Assembly: GCA_050253075.1 (NCBI GenBank)
Contig: JBFWJS010000001.1
Location: 480,001 to 544,000, forward strand
DNA from: Deferribacterales bacterium
GTDB taxonomy: Bacteria; Chrysiogenota; Deferribacteres; Deferribacterales; Geovibrionaceae
Direction of reading: 5' to 3'
Length of the DNA stretch: 64,000 bases
In this document: positions 20,008-28,513 of the stretch, in pieces
How positions within the stretch are numbered: position 1 is the first letter of the stretch
Layout of the letters: each line of letters opens with the position of its first letter
The notes under the pieces: generated by a model
What the model was told of the DNA's origin: nothing
Database searches by the model: none
What the model saw: the letters and a program-made list of their open reading frames with translations, nothing else
Translations under genes and position numbers: made by a program

Positions 20008-23000
20008 AAAAAATATTTATATTGTTTATATTGTTTGTTGTAACATCTGTATTCGGGCAGGGCCTTGATGTTAATTTGAAGGGCGAATTAGTCAATTATA
20101 ATTTCCATTATAAAGCAGGCAGCACAATTATGCCTGTGTCTATAACACCGTATGCGGATGGATATTATTTAATTGCAAATTACACGGATGTGTTTTTACT
20201 AAATACCGATACCGGTGATATGTATAAATTTGACATAATTCGTAATGCAGATGAATCAAAAAATTTAGACAGTTTCCATAAATATATTAGAAGTGCTAGC
20301 ACTAATTCGAATGATTTACAGTCACCAAATGTATTATTTATGCCAACAGGATTATTTTATTCCCGAAAATATGAAAAACTGTATGTTGCCAACTATAAGG
20401 GGGATAATATTTTGATATTCAATGTTGACTTGGCTTCGAAAACATTACTTTATCAAGGTGAAATTCAAACAAAAAATACAAAAGGACCAGAAAATGTTTT
20501 TGTAACCAATGACGGAAATTATTTAGCGTGTGCTAATTATGATGGAAGTAGTGTTTCTTTGTTTGAACTTAGTACATATAAAAAGTTTAAAGAGATATGG
20601 AGCACAGATATAGGTCAGGCGCATGGTGTTACAGTTCAAGATGGGTTTGTATATGCTACGGGACTGACAAAAAGGAAAATATACAAGCTAGACATTAAAA
20701 ATGGAAAAATAGTAAAATCTATTGGAAAAATTGGTTCAGACCCTTCAGAAAACGGTTTTTTGTGGCCGACTTCAATAAACAATTTAGACGATGAAAGCCT
20801 TGTAGTGAGTGATGCACATACTGGATACATTTATATTTTAGATAAAGATAGCCTTCATATAAAGTCATACTTTGGTGGGAACTCTCTGGGTTATAATTAC
20901 TTGCATATGCCATATTGTGTTGTTGTTGATGGAGAGAGATATCTTATTGCAAGTACTTTCCAAGATCGAATTGTAGAGGGAAGCATAAAAAACTGGGCTG
21001 CTGAAAAAAGTTTTATTTTTTCAGGTAGGAAATGGGCGTCATTAGATAATAAAGAAATAAATGCATATATAGATAATTATGATGTGTATATTTATAAAAA
21101 AGGGCCAAAACTAAAAATATTAGGCAAAGAATACACTATGGGTTTTGGACACCTGTATCCTGTTGATAAAGATATACCTATATTGAGGTTACCAGATACT
21201 AAATCAATTAATAATAACTCTGGATACTTTTACTTTACAGATTTATTGAAAATTAAGAATTCTAATGTCTTATTTAGTCCTCAATCTAAAGCTGCATTGT
21301 ATATAAAAGAAGTAAAAGGCGTTAATTATGTATTTCCTTTTGAGCTAGATTCAACTGATTATTGGCTGTATGATGGTGCTTTAATTAATTCTATTGGACA
21401 ATTTGACTTATCCACTGTTATGGATGTATTTGATTCTAAAATAGATAATATAGAAAAGTCTAGACATAAGAATGGATTATTGGAACTAATGGACTTCTAC
21501 CAAATATATAATAATGAGAAATGGCCTTTTGTTGATTTTAGTTTTGACGAATTCAATATAAAATTTCAGGAAGTATTTAATACAGCTGCTGGGAAAGAGT
21601 TTTTAAAAGCTTATAATCAAATGTCTATTGATACGTTGCCTGCTGAGATAAAAAATATAGCCGCAAAGTACTACCGAACAGTATTAAGAAATAATTATGT
21701 TGATATGAATGAGTTTTGTATTGTGCAAATGCTAACGGGCTTTGTTACTGATGCTCAAATATTCCAATATAACAGATACATTTTTGAAGGCTGTCAGGGC
21801 ACTAACTATTATGCTGGCTATAGTCCCAAGGCACTTGAAACCGTGTCTATAAACGATTATGTGTCAGCAAATTCTATTCAAGATTCATGTTTTCTTGTTG
21901 AAAATATGAATTATTATGGAGATTTAAAGATAAATATCACATGGTATGATTTAGATCATTACGGTGTAAATTTTGATATTTATGGTTTTAGTGAAAATAA
22001 TAATGAATTTTTATTATTGCCCGTAAAGAATAATGAACCAAGAAATGATAACGGACTAGCAGTAAATACATACCATATTAAAACTAAAAATAAAATTACT
22101 AAACTTAAGTTTATTCTTAAAAGCGCTAATAAGCAAAATCGCTTAATAATGAGAGAATTTGCTATAGCCGAGGACGATAAACAGAATAAAAAAAATACTA
22201 GTAATGCATTTAGCTTAAATGAGCTAATATCTTTAAATAAAAAAGTGAATCAGACAATTATATATGGAACAGGGAAAGATTTTAGAGAGGATCTAATAAA
22301 TGGTAAAGATTATGCCAGTTTGATAAAGGAACTCGGAAGTGGCCATTGTGGTTATTATACTTACCTTTTAATGAGAGAGATTAAGTCTAATAATGAATGG
22401 CGTGGTTATGATATAAAAACATATGATAATAGAGTTCATAGCGTTATAGAAGTAAATATTGGAGGTAAATGGCTAACATTTGATCCAACTCTAGGAATTT
22501 ACTATGACAAGAGTATTAATGAGCTGATTAGTAATAATGAGACTCAACTGAATGGTAGTATTTGTGATCAAGTAGAGATGAGGTTTAAAGGATATTGCGG
22601 CAACTTTTTCTTCAAAGCTGTAGAAAGTTTGAAAATGTATAATTCGTTTGCTGGATATGAGTATAATAAACTTATTAAGAGTAACGTGTTAGTAGGCTCT
22701 GCTGATAGAGTAGCTAAAGGTCACGAACTTGAAAAACTTTATGATGGTAATGCAAACACTTACTTCTCTTCAGCGGGTAATAAAATAGATATCAAACTGA
22801 ATAAAATGCAAGTGTACAAAATTACACTAGAAGCATTGAGGTATTATGATAAGGAAAAAAATGATGAAATCATTATATCGCCTAAGGAAATGGTCTTAAA
22901 TTTATACTGTGATGGTGTTTTAGTTGGGAATTATAAACTTGTAGCTCAGGAACCAAAACTAATGAGTGAGATATATTTTGATAATTCTACTTTGATAGAT

Positions 23001-23075
23001 CAAATAGAGTTGAAAATGGACAAAATGTATAATACGAACTTAGGTTTTGTCCTTAAAAGCATAGATTTATTTTAA
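20004..23075 (+). CDS. Secreted protein: NHL/YVTN-like beta-propeller + beta-sandwich + transglutaminase-like (Cys-His-Asp) domain
   Basis: Signal peptide MKKIFILFILFVVTSVFG; repeats MPTGL..LYVANY, GPENV..LACANY, WPTSI..LVVSDA; GHCGYY...HSVIEV...KWLTFDPT. Confidence 0.7.
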   Translation: MKKIFILFILFVVTSVFGQGLDVNLKGELVNYNFHYKAGSTIMPVSITPYADGYYLIANYTDVFLLNTDTGDMYKFDIIRNADESKNLDSFHKYIRSASTNSNDLQSPNVLFMPTGLFYSRKYEKLYVANYKGDNILIFNVDLASKTLLYQGEIQTKNTKGPENVFVTNDGNYLACANYDGSSVSLFELSTYKKFKEIWSTDIGQAHGVTVQDGFVYATGLTKRKIYKLDIKNGKIVKSIGKIGSDPSENGFLWPTSINNLDDESLVVSDAHTGYIYILDKDSLHIKSYFGGNSLGYNYLHMPYCVVVDGERYLIASTFQDRIVEGSIKNWAAEKSFIFSGRKWASLDNKEINAYIDNYDVYIYKKGPKLKILGKEYTMGFGHLYPVDKDIPILRLPDTKSINNNSGYFYFTDLLKIKNSNVLFSPQSKAALYIKEVKGVNYVFPFELDSTDYWLYDGALINSIGQFDLSTVMDVFDSKIDNIEKSRHKNGLLELMDFYQIYNNEKWPFVDFSFDEFNIKFQEVFNTAAGKEFLKAYNQMSIDTLPAEIKNIAAKYYRTVLRNNYVDMNEFCIVQMLTGFVTDAQIFQYNRYIFEGCQGTNYYAGYSPKALETVSINDYVSANSIQDSCFLVENMNYYGDLKINITWYDLDHYGVNFDIYGFSENNNEFLLLPVKNNEPRNDNGLAVNTYHIKTKNKITKLKFILKSANKQNRLIMREFAIAEDDKQNKKNTSNAFSLNELISLNKKVNQTIIYGTGKDFREDLINGKDYASLIKELGSGHCGYYTYLLMREIKSNNEWRGYDIKTYDNRVHSVIEVNIGGKWLTFDPTLGIYYDKSINELISNNETQLNGSICDQVEMRFKGYCGNFFFKAVESLKMYNSFAGYEYNKLIKSNVLVGSADRVAKGHELEKLYDGNANTYFSSAGNKIDIKLNKMQVYKITLEALRYYDKEKNDEIIISPKEMVLNLYCDGVLVGNYKLVAQEPKLMSEIYFDNSTLIDQIELKMDKMYNTNLGFVLKSIDLF

Positions 23076-23078
23076 TAA

Positions 23079-24281
23079 ATGAAAAGTATTATTTTTATAA
23101 CATATGATTCTCCATATATTGATAGGCGTATTTTGTTAAATGCAAAAATCGCCACAAATATGGGTTATAAAGTGGATATTGTTTGTCCTTGTGCAGATAG
23201 CTCTGTCGACTACGGAGATATCGGGATAATCAACTTGTTTGATACTGTGAATAAAAATAATATTATTCATATTAAGGACCGGATTAAAAAATTTGCCCCT
23301 AACTGGTTCTTCAGATTTGCAAGATTATGCTATAAAAACTTTCTCAATAAAGGCGAGCATATTCCGTTTAAAGAAGCGATGATTGAAAAGGTACTTACTT
23401 TGAAAGCGGATGTCTATGTTGCTAATGATCTTACAACCTTGCCTGCCGGCGTCGCAGCTAAAAAGAAATTTTCTGCAAAGCTAGTTTATGATGCCCATGA
23501 GTTTTATACGGAGCAGATCACTTTGTCAGAAAAGGACAAACACATATTGTCCGAAGTTGAAAAAGATTTAATACATGAGGCAGATAGTATAATTACAGTT
23601 AATGAAGATATTGCTGGACTTTTTACGGAACGCTACGGATGTGCAGGCATAACAGTGATACAAAATATCGTTATATGCGATAAACCGTCTGTACTCTATC
23701 TACATGACCTGATAGGACTTGAAAGAACAGCTAAGATTGTTTTATTTCAAGGTGGTTTGATAGGAAACAGAAACCTTGAAAGTTTAATACATATTGCATC
23801 GAGACTTCATTCGGCTGTTGTCGTGCTCGCAGGGTGGGGAGATAAAGAGAAACAGCTTAAAAAATTAGCTGAGTCGATGAAGATATTGAATAGTAAAGTG
23901 TTTTTTGTCGGTAAAATTTCTCAGGAAGATCTGGTCGCATACGCCGGTTCGGCATCAATTGGTTTAATACCTTATTCAGCGATTGATATTAATACGCAGT
24001 ATTGTACCCCAAATAAACTATATGAATACCTTTGTGCAGAGGTGCCAATTGTTGCGAATACAGGGCTCAAAACGGTTGACCGCATAATTAAAACACTAGA
24101 TTTGGGCATTGCAATCGATTTTAGTAGTTATGATGAAGCAGCCGTTGCCATTGAGAAATTGGTTAAGGATGACGATAAACTTGCCAGATTTAAAGATAAT
24201 ATTAAAAATAATAAAGAATTGTTTTCTTATAATACGCTTGAAAAAGCCTTTGTAGAAATAGTGAAATCATTGGAGATATAA
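23079..24281 (+). CDS. GT4 glycosyltransferase
   Basis: IDRR, YDAHE, FQGG..NRNLE, YCTPNKLYEY. Confidence 0.9.
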   Translation: MKSIIFITYDSPYIDRRILLNAKIATNMGYKVDIVCPCADSSVDYGDIGIINLFDTVNKNNIIHIKDRIKKFAPNWFFRFARLCYKNFLNKGEHIPFKEAMIEKVLTLKADVYVANDLTTLPAGVAAKKKFSAKLVYDAHEFYTEQITLSEKDKHILSEVEKDLIHEADSIITVNEDIAGLFTERYGCAGITVIQNIVICDKPSVLYLHDLIGLERTAKIVLFQGGLIGNRNLESLIHIASRLHSAVVVLAGWGDKEKQLKKLAESMKILNSKVFFVGKISQEDLVAYAGSASIGLIPYSAIDINTQYCTPNKLYEYLCAEVPIVANTGLKTVDRIIKTLDLGIAIDFSSYDEAAVAIEKLVKDDDKLARFKDNIKNNKELFSYNTLEKAFVEIVKSLEI

Positions 24282-26174
24282 ATGTGTGGATACCTTTCTT
24301 GGATTTCTAAAACAGAAATAAATGATGAGAATTTTAGAGCTTCTCTCAGAAAAATGGATCATAGAGGTCCGGATGATGAAGGCTTTTTCTTTACTGACGA
24401 CAGACATGTTGCTTTCGGACATAAGCGACTTAGCATCATAGATCCGAAGGCTGGTCAGCAGCCAATGAAAAATAGCACCGGTGATATTGTTGTGATATTC
24501 AATGGTGCTGTTTATAACTTTCTTGAGATCAGACAAGAGCTTATTAGCGAAGGGTATCCTCTTAAGACATTTTCAGACACGGAAGTAATTATATATGCTT
24601 ATGAGAAATGGGGCGAAGGATGCGTTGAAAGATTTAACGGTATGTTTTCGTTCGTCATTTATGACAAGAAGAAGCAAAGGATATTCGCAGCTAGGGATAG
24701 AGTGGGGATTAAACCTTTCTATTACTACTCTTCAGGCAAAGACCTTATAATCGCATCTGAAATTAAAGCGATACTTGAGTGTGATGCTGTCGATACGGCA
24801 GTTGATCAAAAGGGGCTCGTAGACTATTTATCATTTCAGTTCTATTTAAGAGATAAAACGCTTTTTAGAAGTATAAACAGGTTGGAACCGGGTCATAGAA
24901 TGCTCGTTGACCTTACAAAAGACGAGATAAAGCCGGAAATATCCAAATACTGGGACGTGCGGATCAAAAATGATAATTCGCTTAAAACGGAAGAGGACTA
25001 TCTTGAAATCTTTATGGAGCTTCTGAATGATTCCATAAGGCTACGTCTTCGGGCTGATGTCCCTCTGGGAGCTCACCTTAGCGGTGGTCTGGATTCATCA
25101 ACTGTGGCTTCTTTAAATGCTGCAATGCTTGATGGTAAACAGATACAGACATTTACAGGCCGCTTTGATGAAGGTACTGCTTTCGATGAAAGCTATTATG
25201 CTAAAATGGTTGCAAATAAAATCAATGCTCAGTACCACGATATCCTTATCGATCATCAGCAGTTCAGGGATAATTTTGAAAAGATCGTCTGGCATATGGA
25301 TGAGCCTGAAGCCGGTCCCGGTGTATTTCCACAGTTCATGGTATCGCAGTATGCGAAAGATCATGTTAAGGTTATCCTCGGAGGACAGGGCGGGGATGAG
25401 CTTTGTGTTGGTTATGTCAGGTACCTTGTTGCCTATTATGAGGAACAAATGCGTGATGCGATCCTCGGAGATAATGCCGCAGTGAATAATATCAGCAATC
25501 TGTCAGAAATGCTGTATCAGCTGGATGGTTATCAGCCTATGATGAAAGAGCAATACGCATCAGGCTTATTTGGCGAATCTTTTGACCGATATTACAAACT
25601 TGTAAACAGGATGGATTCATTGCAAGGGCTCATCAATGGAGATGTTTTCAGCGCAGCCAACTATTCTCCTTATGAAGAGATGTCAGGCTTGTTGGATCAG
25701 TCCGACTTCAAGAACAGCTCCTATGTGAACCAGATGACATATCTTGACTTTAAAACGTCGCTGCAAGGCCTGCTGCATGTTGAAGACAGGACGAGTATGG
25801 CCAGCTCGATTGAATCCAGAGTCCCTCTCTTAGATCATCGTATAGCAGAATTTATATTTAATCTTCCTATGGATATAAAGTTCAAGAATGGGGAACTCAA
25901 ATATTTCTTTAAAAAAGCGATTAAGAATATTCTTCCCGATGAAGTACTGAACAGAAAAGACAAGAAAGGCTTCCCCACACCGTTGAATATCTGGCTCAAA
26001 GGGCCGCTGAATGACTGGGTGAAAGAGATATTAAACGACAAGAGGACAAAAGAAAGAGGCATATTTGAAAGGAAAAGCCTTGAAACAATGGTGGAGTCAG
26101 AAGGCATGTTTAACAGGTCTGTCTGGGGCGTTCTTAATTTAGAGCTCTGGCACAGGCAGTTTATAGATAAATAA
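24282..26174 (+). CDS. asnB: Asparagine synthase-like glutamine amidotransferase (probable uronamide-forming, WbpS/WbmC-like)
   Basis: N-terminal MCG, HRGPD, RLSIID, LSGGLDSS, GQGGDE, E.RVPLLD, KKGF; polysaccharide-locus context. Confidence 0.9.
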   Translation: MCGYLSWISKTEINDENFRASLRKMDHRGPDDEGFFFTDDRHVAFGHKRLSIIDPKAGQQPMKNSTGDIVVIFNGAVYNFLEIRQELISEGYPLKTFSDTEVIIYAYEKWGEGCVERFNGMFSFVIYDKKKQRIFAARDRVGIKPFYYYSSGKDLIIASEIKAILECDAVDTAVDQKGLVDYLSFQFYLRDKTLFRSINRLEPGHRMLVDLTKDEIKPEISKYWDVRIKNDNSLKTEEDYLEIFMELLNDSIRLRLRADVPLGAHLSGGLDSSTVASLNAAMLDGKQIQTFTGRFDEGTAFDESYYAKMVANKINAQYHDILIDHQQFRDNFEKIVWHMDEPEAGPGVFPQFMVSQYAKDHVKVILGGQGGDELCVGYVRYLVAYYEEQMRDAILGDNAAVNNISNLSEMLYQLDGYQPMMKEQYASGLFGESFDRYYKLVNRMDSLQGLINGDVFSAANYSPYEEMSGLLDQSDFKNSSYVNQMTYLDFKTSLQGLLHVEDRTSMASSIESRVPLLDHRIAEFIFNLPMDIKFKNGELKYFFKKAIKNILPDEVLNRKDKKGFPTPLNIWLKGPLNDWVKEILNDKRTKERGIFERKSLETMVESEGMFNRSVWGVLNLELWHRQFIDK

Positions 26175-27385
26175 TGAAAATACTATTTGTTAACGAGTAT
26201 ATAGGAACACCATACCACGGCATGGTGTACAGACAGTACTATCTCGCGAGAGAAATGGTGGCAAGAGGGCATGAGGTCTGGATAGTTACAGCCTCTAATA
26301 CCCATTTGCTGCTTTCACCTCCTAAGGTTGATAAAAACCTTACTCATGATGTTATAGACGGTATAAACTACCTTTGGGTGAAAATGCCGTATTATAAATA
26401 CTCGAAAAGTTTCGCAAGGATACGTAATATGTTCCTATTCATGATAAAACTGCTGCGCCTCGATATCAGTAGGTTTGTCGTGCCTGACTTCATAATAGCT
26501 TCCAGCCCTTCAGTTTTTTCTATAAAAACAGCTCTAAGGTGGAAAAAAAGCACAAATGCAAAAGTTGTATTCGAGATAATGGACATCTGGCCGTTAACGC
26601 TCACGGAGTTTACCGGATTGTCTAAACGGAATCCGCTTATACGCTATATGAAGAGCTGTGAAGAGACTGGTTATCGCAATGCCGATGCAGTTGTTTCGGT
26701 TCTGGGCGGTTTTACCAGATATCTATCTGAGAATGGATACAGTGTGAAAGCCTATGAGTGTATCCCAAACGGCGTCTATCTTAACGAGGATTCGTTTGAA
26801 ACAAGTACAGACTCTAACGACAAGCTGTCAAAGATAGACGGCAACAAGATCACAGTCGGGTATGTCGGTACTCTCGGTATCGCAAATTCGCTGGATAGTT
26901 TTATTAATGCTGCGCTTCTGCTTAAAGAGGACAAACGCTTTCAGTTTGTTCTAGTCGGTGACGGAGGCGAGAGGAGCAGACTCGAAGAGCTCGCCGACGG
27001 TGCAGAGAATATTGTTTTTACAGGTTCTGTGGACAGGAGCGATGTTAAAGCAGTTTATGAGAAACTGGATATATGCTATTTCGGAGTATTGAAAAAGAAA
27101 GTGTTTGAATACGGCATCAGCCCGACCAAGCTACCTGATTACATGTATTCGGGGAAACCTGTGATAGGGGCTGTCTCTGATTATACTGATCTTATCGAAC
27201 GTTCCCGCTGCGGGCTCACAGTTGAGGCCGAGAATATCGAAGAAATAGTATCCGCCATAAAGAAATTAGCGAATGACAAAGAATACTGCAAAGAGATGGG
27301 GGCAAGAGGCCGTTCATACGTCGCTGAGTACTTGTCTTATCCTGCCTTGTCAGAAAAGTTTATTAAATTTCTTCAAAGCCTATAA
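26174..27385 (+). CDS. GT4 glycosyltransferase (WbuB-like)
   Basis: RQYYLAREMV..GHEV, EIMDIWP, IPNG, YVGTLG, SPTKLPDYM. Confidence 0.88.
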   Translation: MKILFVNEYIGTPYHGMVYRQYYLAREMVARGHEVWIVTASNTHLLLSPPKVDKNLTHDVIDGINYLWVKMPYYKYSKSFARIRNMFLFMIKLLRLDISRFVVPDFIIASSPSVFSIKTALRWKKSTNAKVVFEIMDIWPLTLTEFTGLSKRNPLIRYMKSCEETGYRNADAVVSVLGGFTRYLSENGYSVKAYECIPNGVYLNEDSFETSTDSNDKLSKIDGNKITVGYVGTLGIANSLDSFINAALLLKEDKRFQFVLVGDGGERSRLEELADGAENIVFTGSVDRSDVKAVYEKLDICYFGVLKKKVFEYGISPTKLPDYMYSGKPVIGAVSDYTDLIERSRCGLTVEAENIEEIVSAIKKLANDKEYCKEMGARGRSYVAEYLSYPALSEKFIKFLQSL

Positions 27386-27502
27386 ACGATATATTTGACA
27401 ATATTATGACACTGTCTAAAAAAAACAACAGTGCTATTAATTAAATCTGTTGCATTTTGTCCACAATTTTATTACAAATAACTGTTTTGAGCGGAAATTT
27501 AG

Positions 27503-27519
27503 TTGGCATGTTAATTGCT
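27503..27519 (+). promoter_or_regulatory. Sigma54 (-24/-12) promoter upstream of lpxC
   Basis: TTGGCATGTTAATTGCT with exact GG-N10-GC spacing, 26 nt before the ATG. Confidence 0.75.
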
Positions 27520-27544
27520 TTTAAAACATGCTAGCGGAGGCGTA

Positions 27545-28450
27545 ATGAAACAGAGAACCTTAAAGAATGTAATAGAGATGGAGAGCGTAGGACTTCACAC
27601 CGGTGAAATGATGCGTGTTACTATCCATCCTGCATACCCTGATACAGGTATCTGCTTCAGAAGGACAGACGTAGACTGTGAGTACACAAGAGTCTCTCCT
27701 TACAACGTTTCATCCACTACACTTGCGACTACTATCCAATGCGGGAATCATACTATCAGCACAATAGAGCACCTTAAAGCAGCCCTTTACGGACTCGGTG
27801 TAGACAATGCTAAGGTAGATGTATCCGGACCTGAAATACCGGTTTTCGACGGTTCTGCGGTTCCTTTCGTTGAAGCTATCCTTAACACTGGAATAGTAGA
27901 ACAGGCAAAAGCAAGAAAATTCATCAAATTTAAAAAGCGCATAAGACTTGAGAAAGACGGCAAGTGGATAGAGATCATCCCTTCCAGATTTTTCAAAGTT
28001 ACATTCGATATAGATTTCGACAACGAATCAATAGGCCAGCAGAAGGCTTACTTCAATGTTACCCCCGATGCATTCGCTAAAGATATAGCTCCTGCGAGGA
28101 CATTCGGCTTCAGACAGGAAGTAGAGCAGCTCTGGGCTATGGGGCTCGCAAAGGGCGGCAGTCTCGACACTGCAGTCGTAATTGACGGCTCTGACGTTAT
28201 GAACCCTGAAGGTCTTAGATTCCGTGACGAATTCGTAAGACACAAGATACTCGACCTCGTGGGTGATATATCTCTGCTCGGATATCCTATATTCGGTCAT
28301 ATCAGAGCATATAAATCAGGTCACAACCTGAACAACCTGTTTGCCAGAACTCTTATCGAGTCTGCAAATTTTTACTCAATAGTCGAACTTCCGGACAACG
28401 ATCCGGCTGTTATAAATAATCTAGAACTCAAACCACAGGGGATATCCTGA
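27545..28450 (+). CDS. lpxC: UDP-3-O-acyl-GlcNAc deacetylase
   Basis: MKQRTLK, GLHTG, TIEH, ARTFGF, EFVRHKILDLVGD, SGH; start at 27545 after GGAGG. Confidence 0.97.
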   Translation: MKQRTLKNVIEMESVGLHTGEMMRVTIHPAYPDTGICFRRTDVDCEYTRVSPYNVSSTTLATTIQCGNHTISTIEHLKAALYGLGVDNAKVDVSGPEIPVFDGSAVPFVEAILNTGIVEQAKARKFIKFKKRIRLEKDGKWIEIIPSRFFKVTFDIDFDNESIGQQKAYFNVTPDAFAKDIAPARTFGFRQEVEQLWAMGLAKGGSLDTAVVIDGSDVMNPEGLRFRDEFVRHKILDLVGDISLLGYPIFGHIRAYKSGHNLNNLFARTLIESANFYSIVELPDNDPAVINNLELKPQGIS

Positions 28451-28451
28451 T

Positions 28452-28483
28452 AACCGAAGATGAAAAGCAGCGTTTTCGGTTTT
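28452..28483 (+). terminator. Probable terminator after lpxC
   Basis: AACCGAAGATG/CGTTTTCGGTT hairpin with G-U pairs followed by T residues. Confidence 0.55.
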
Positions 28484-28513
28484 CAGGTGTCCTGATCAAA
28501 TTCTAACTTATCA

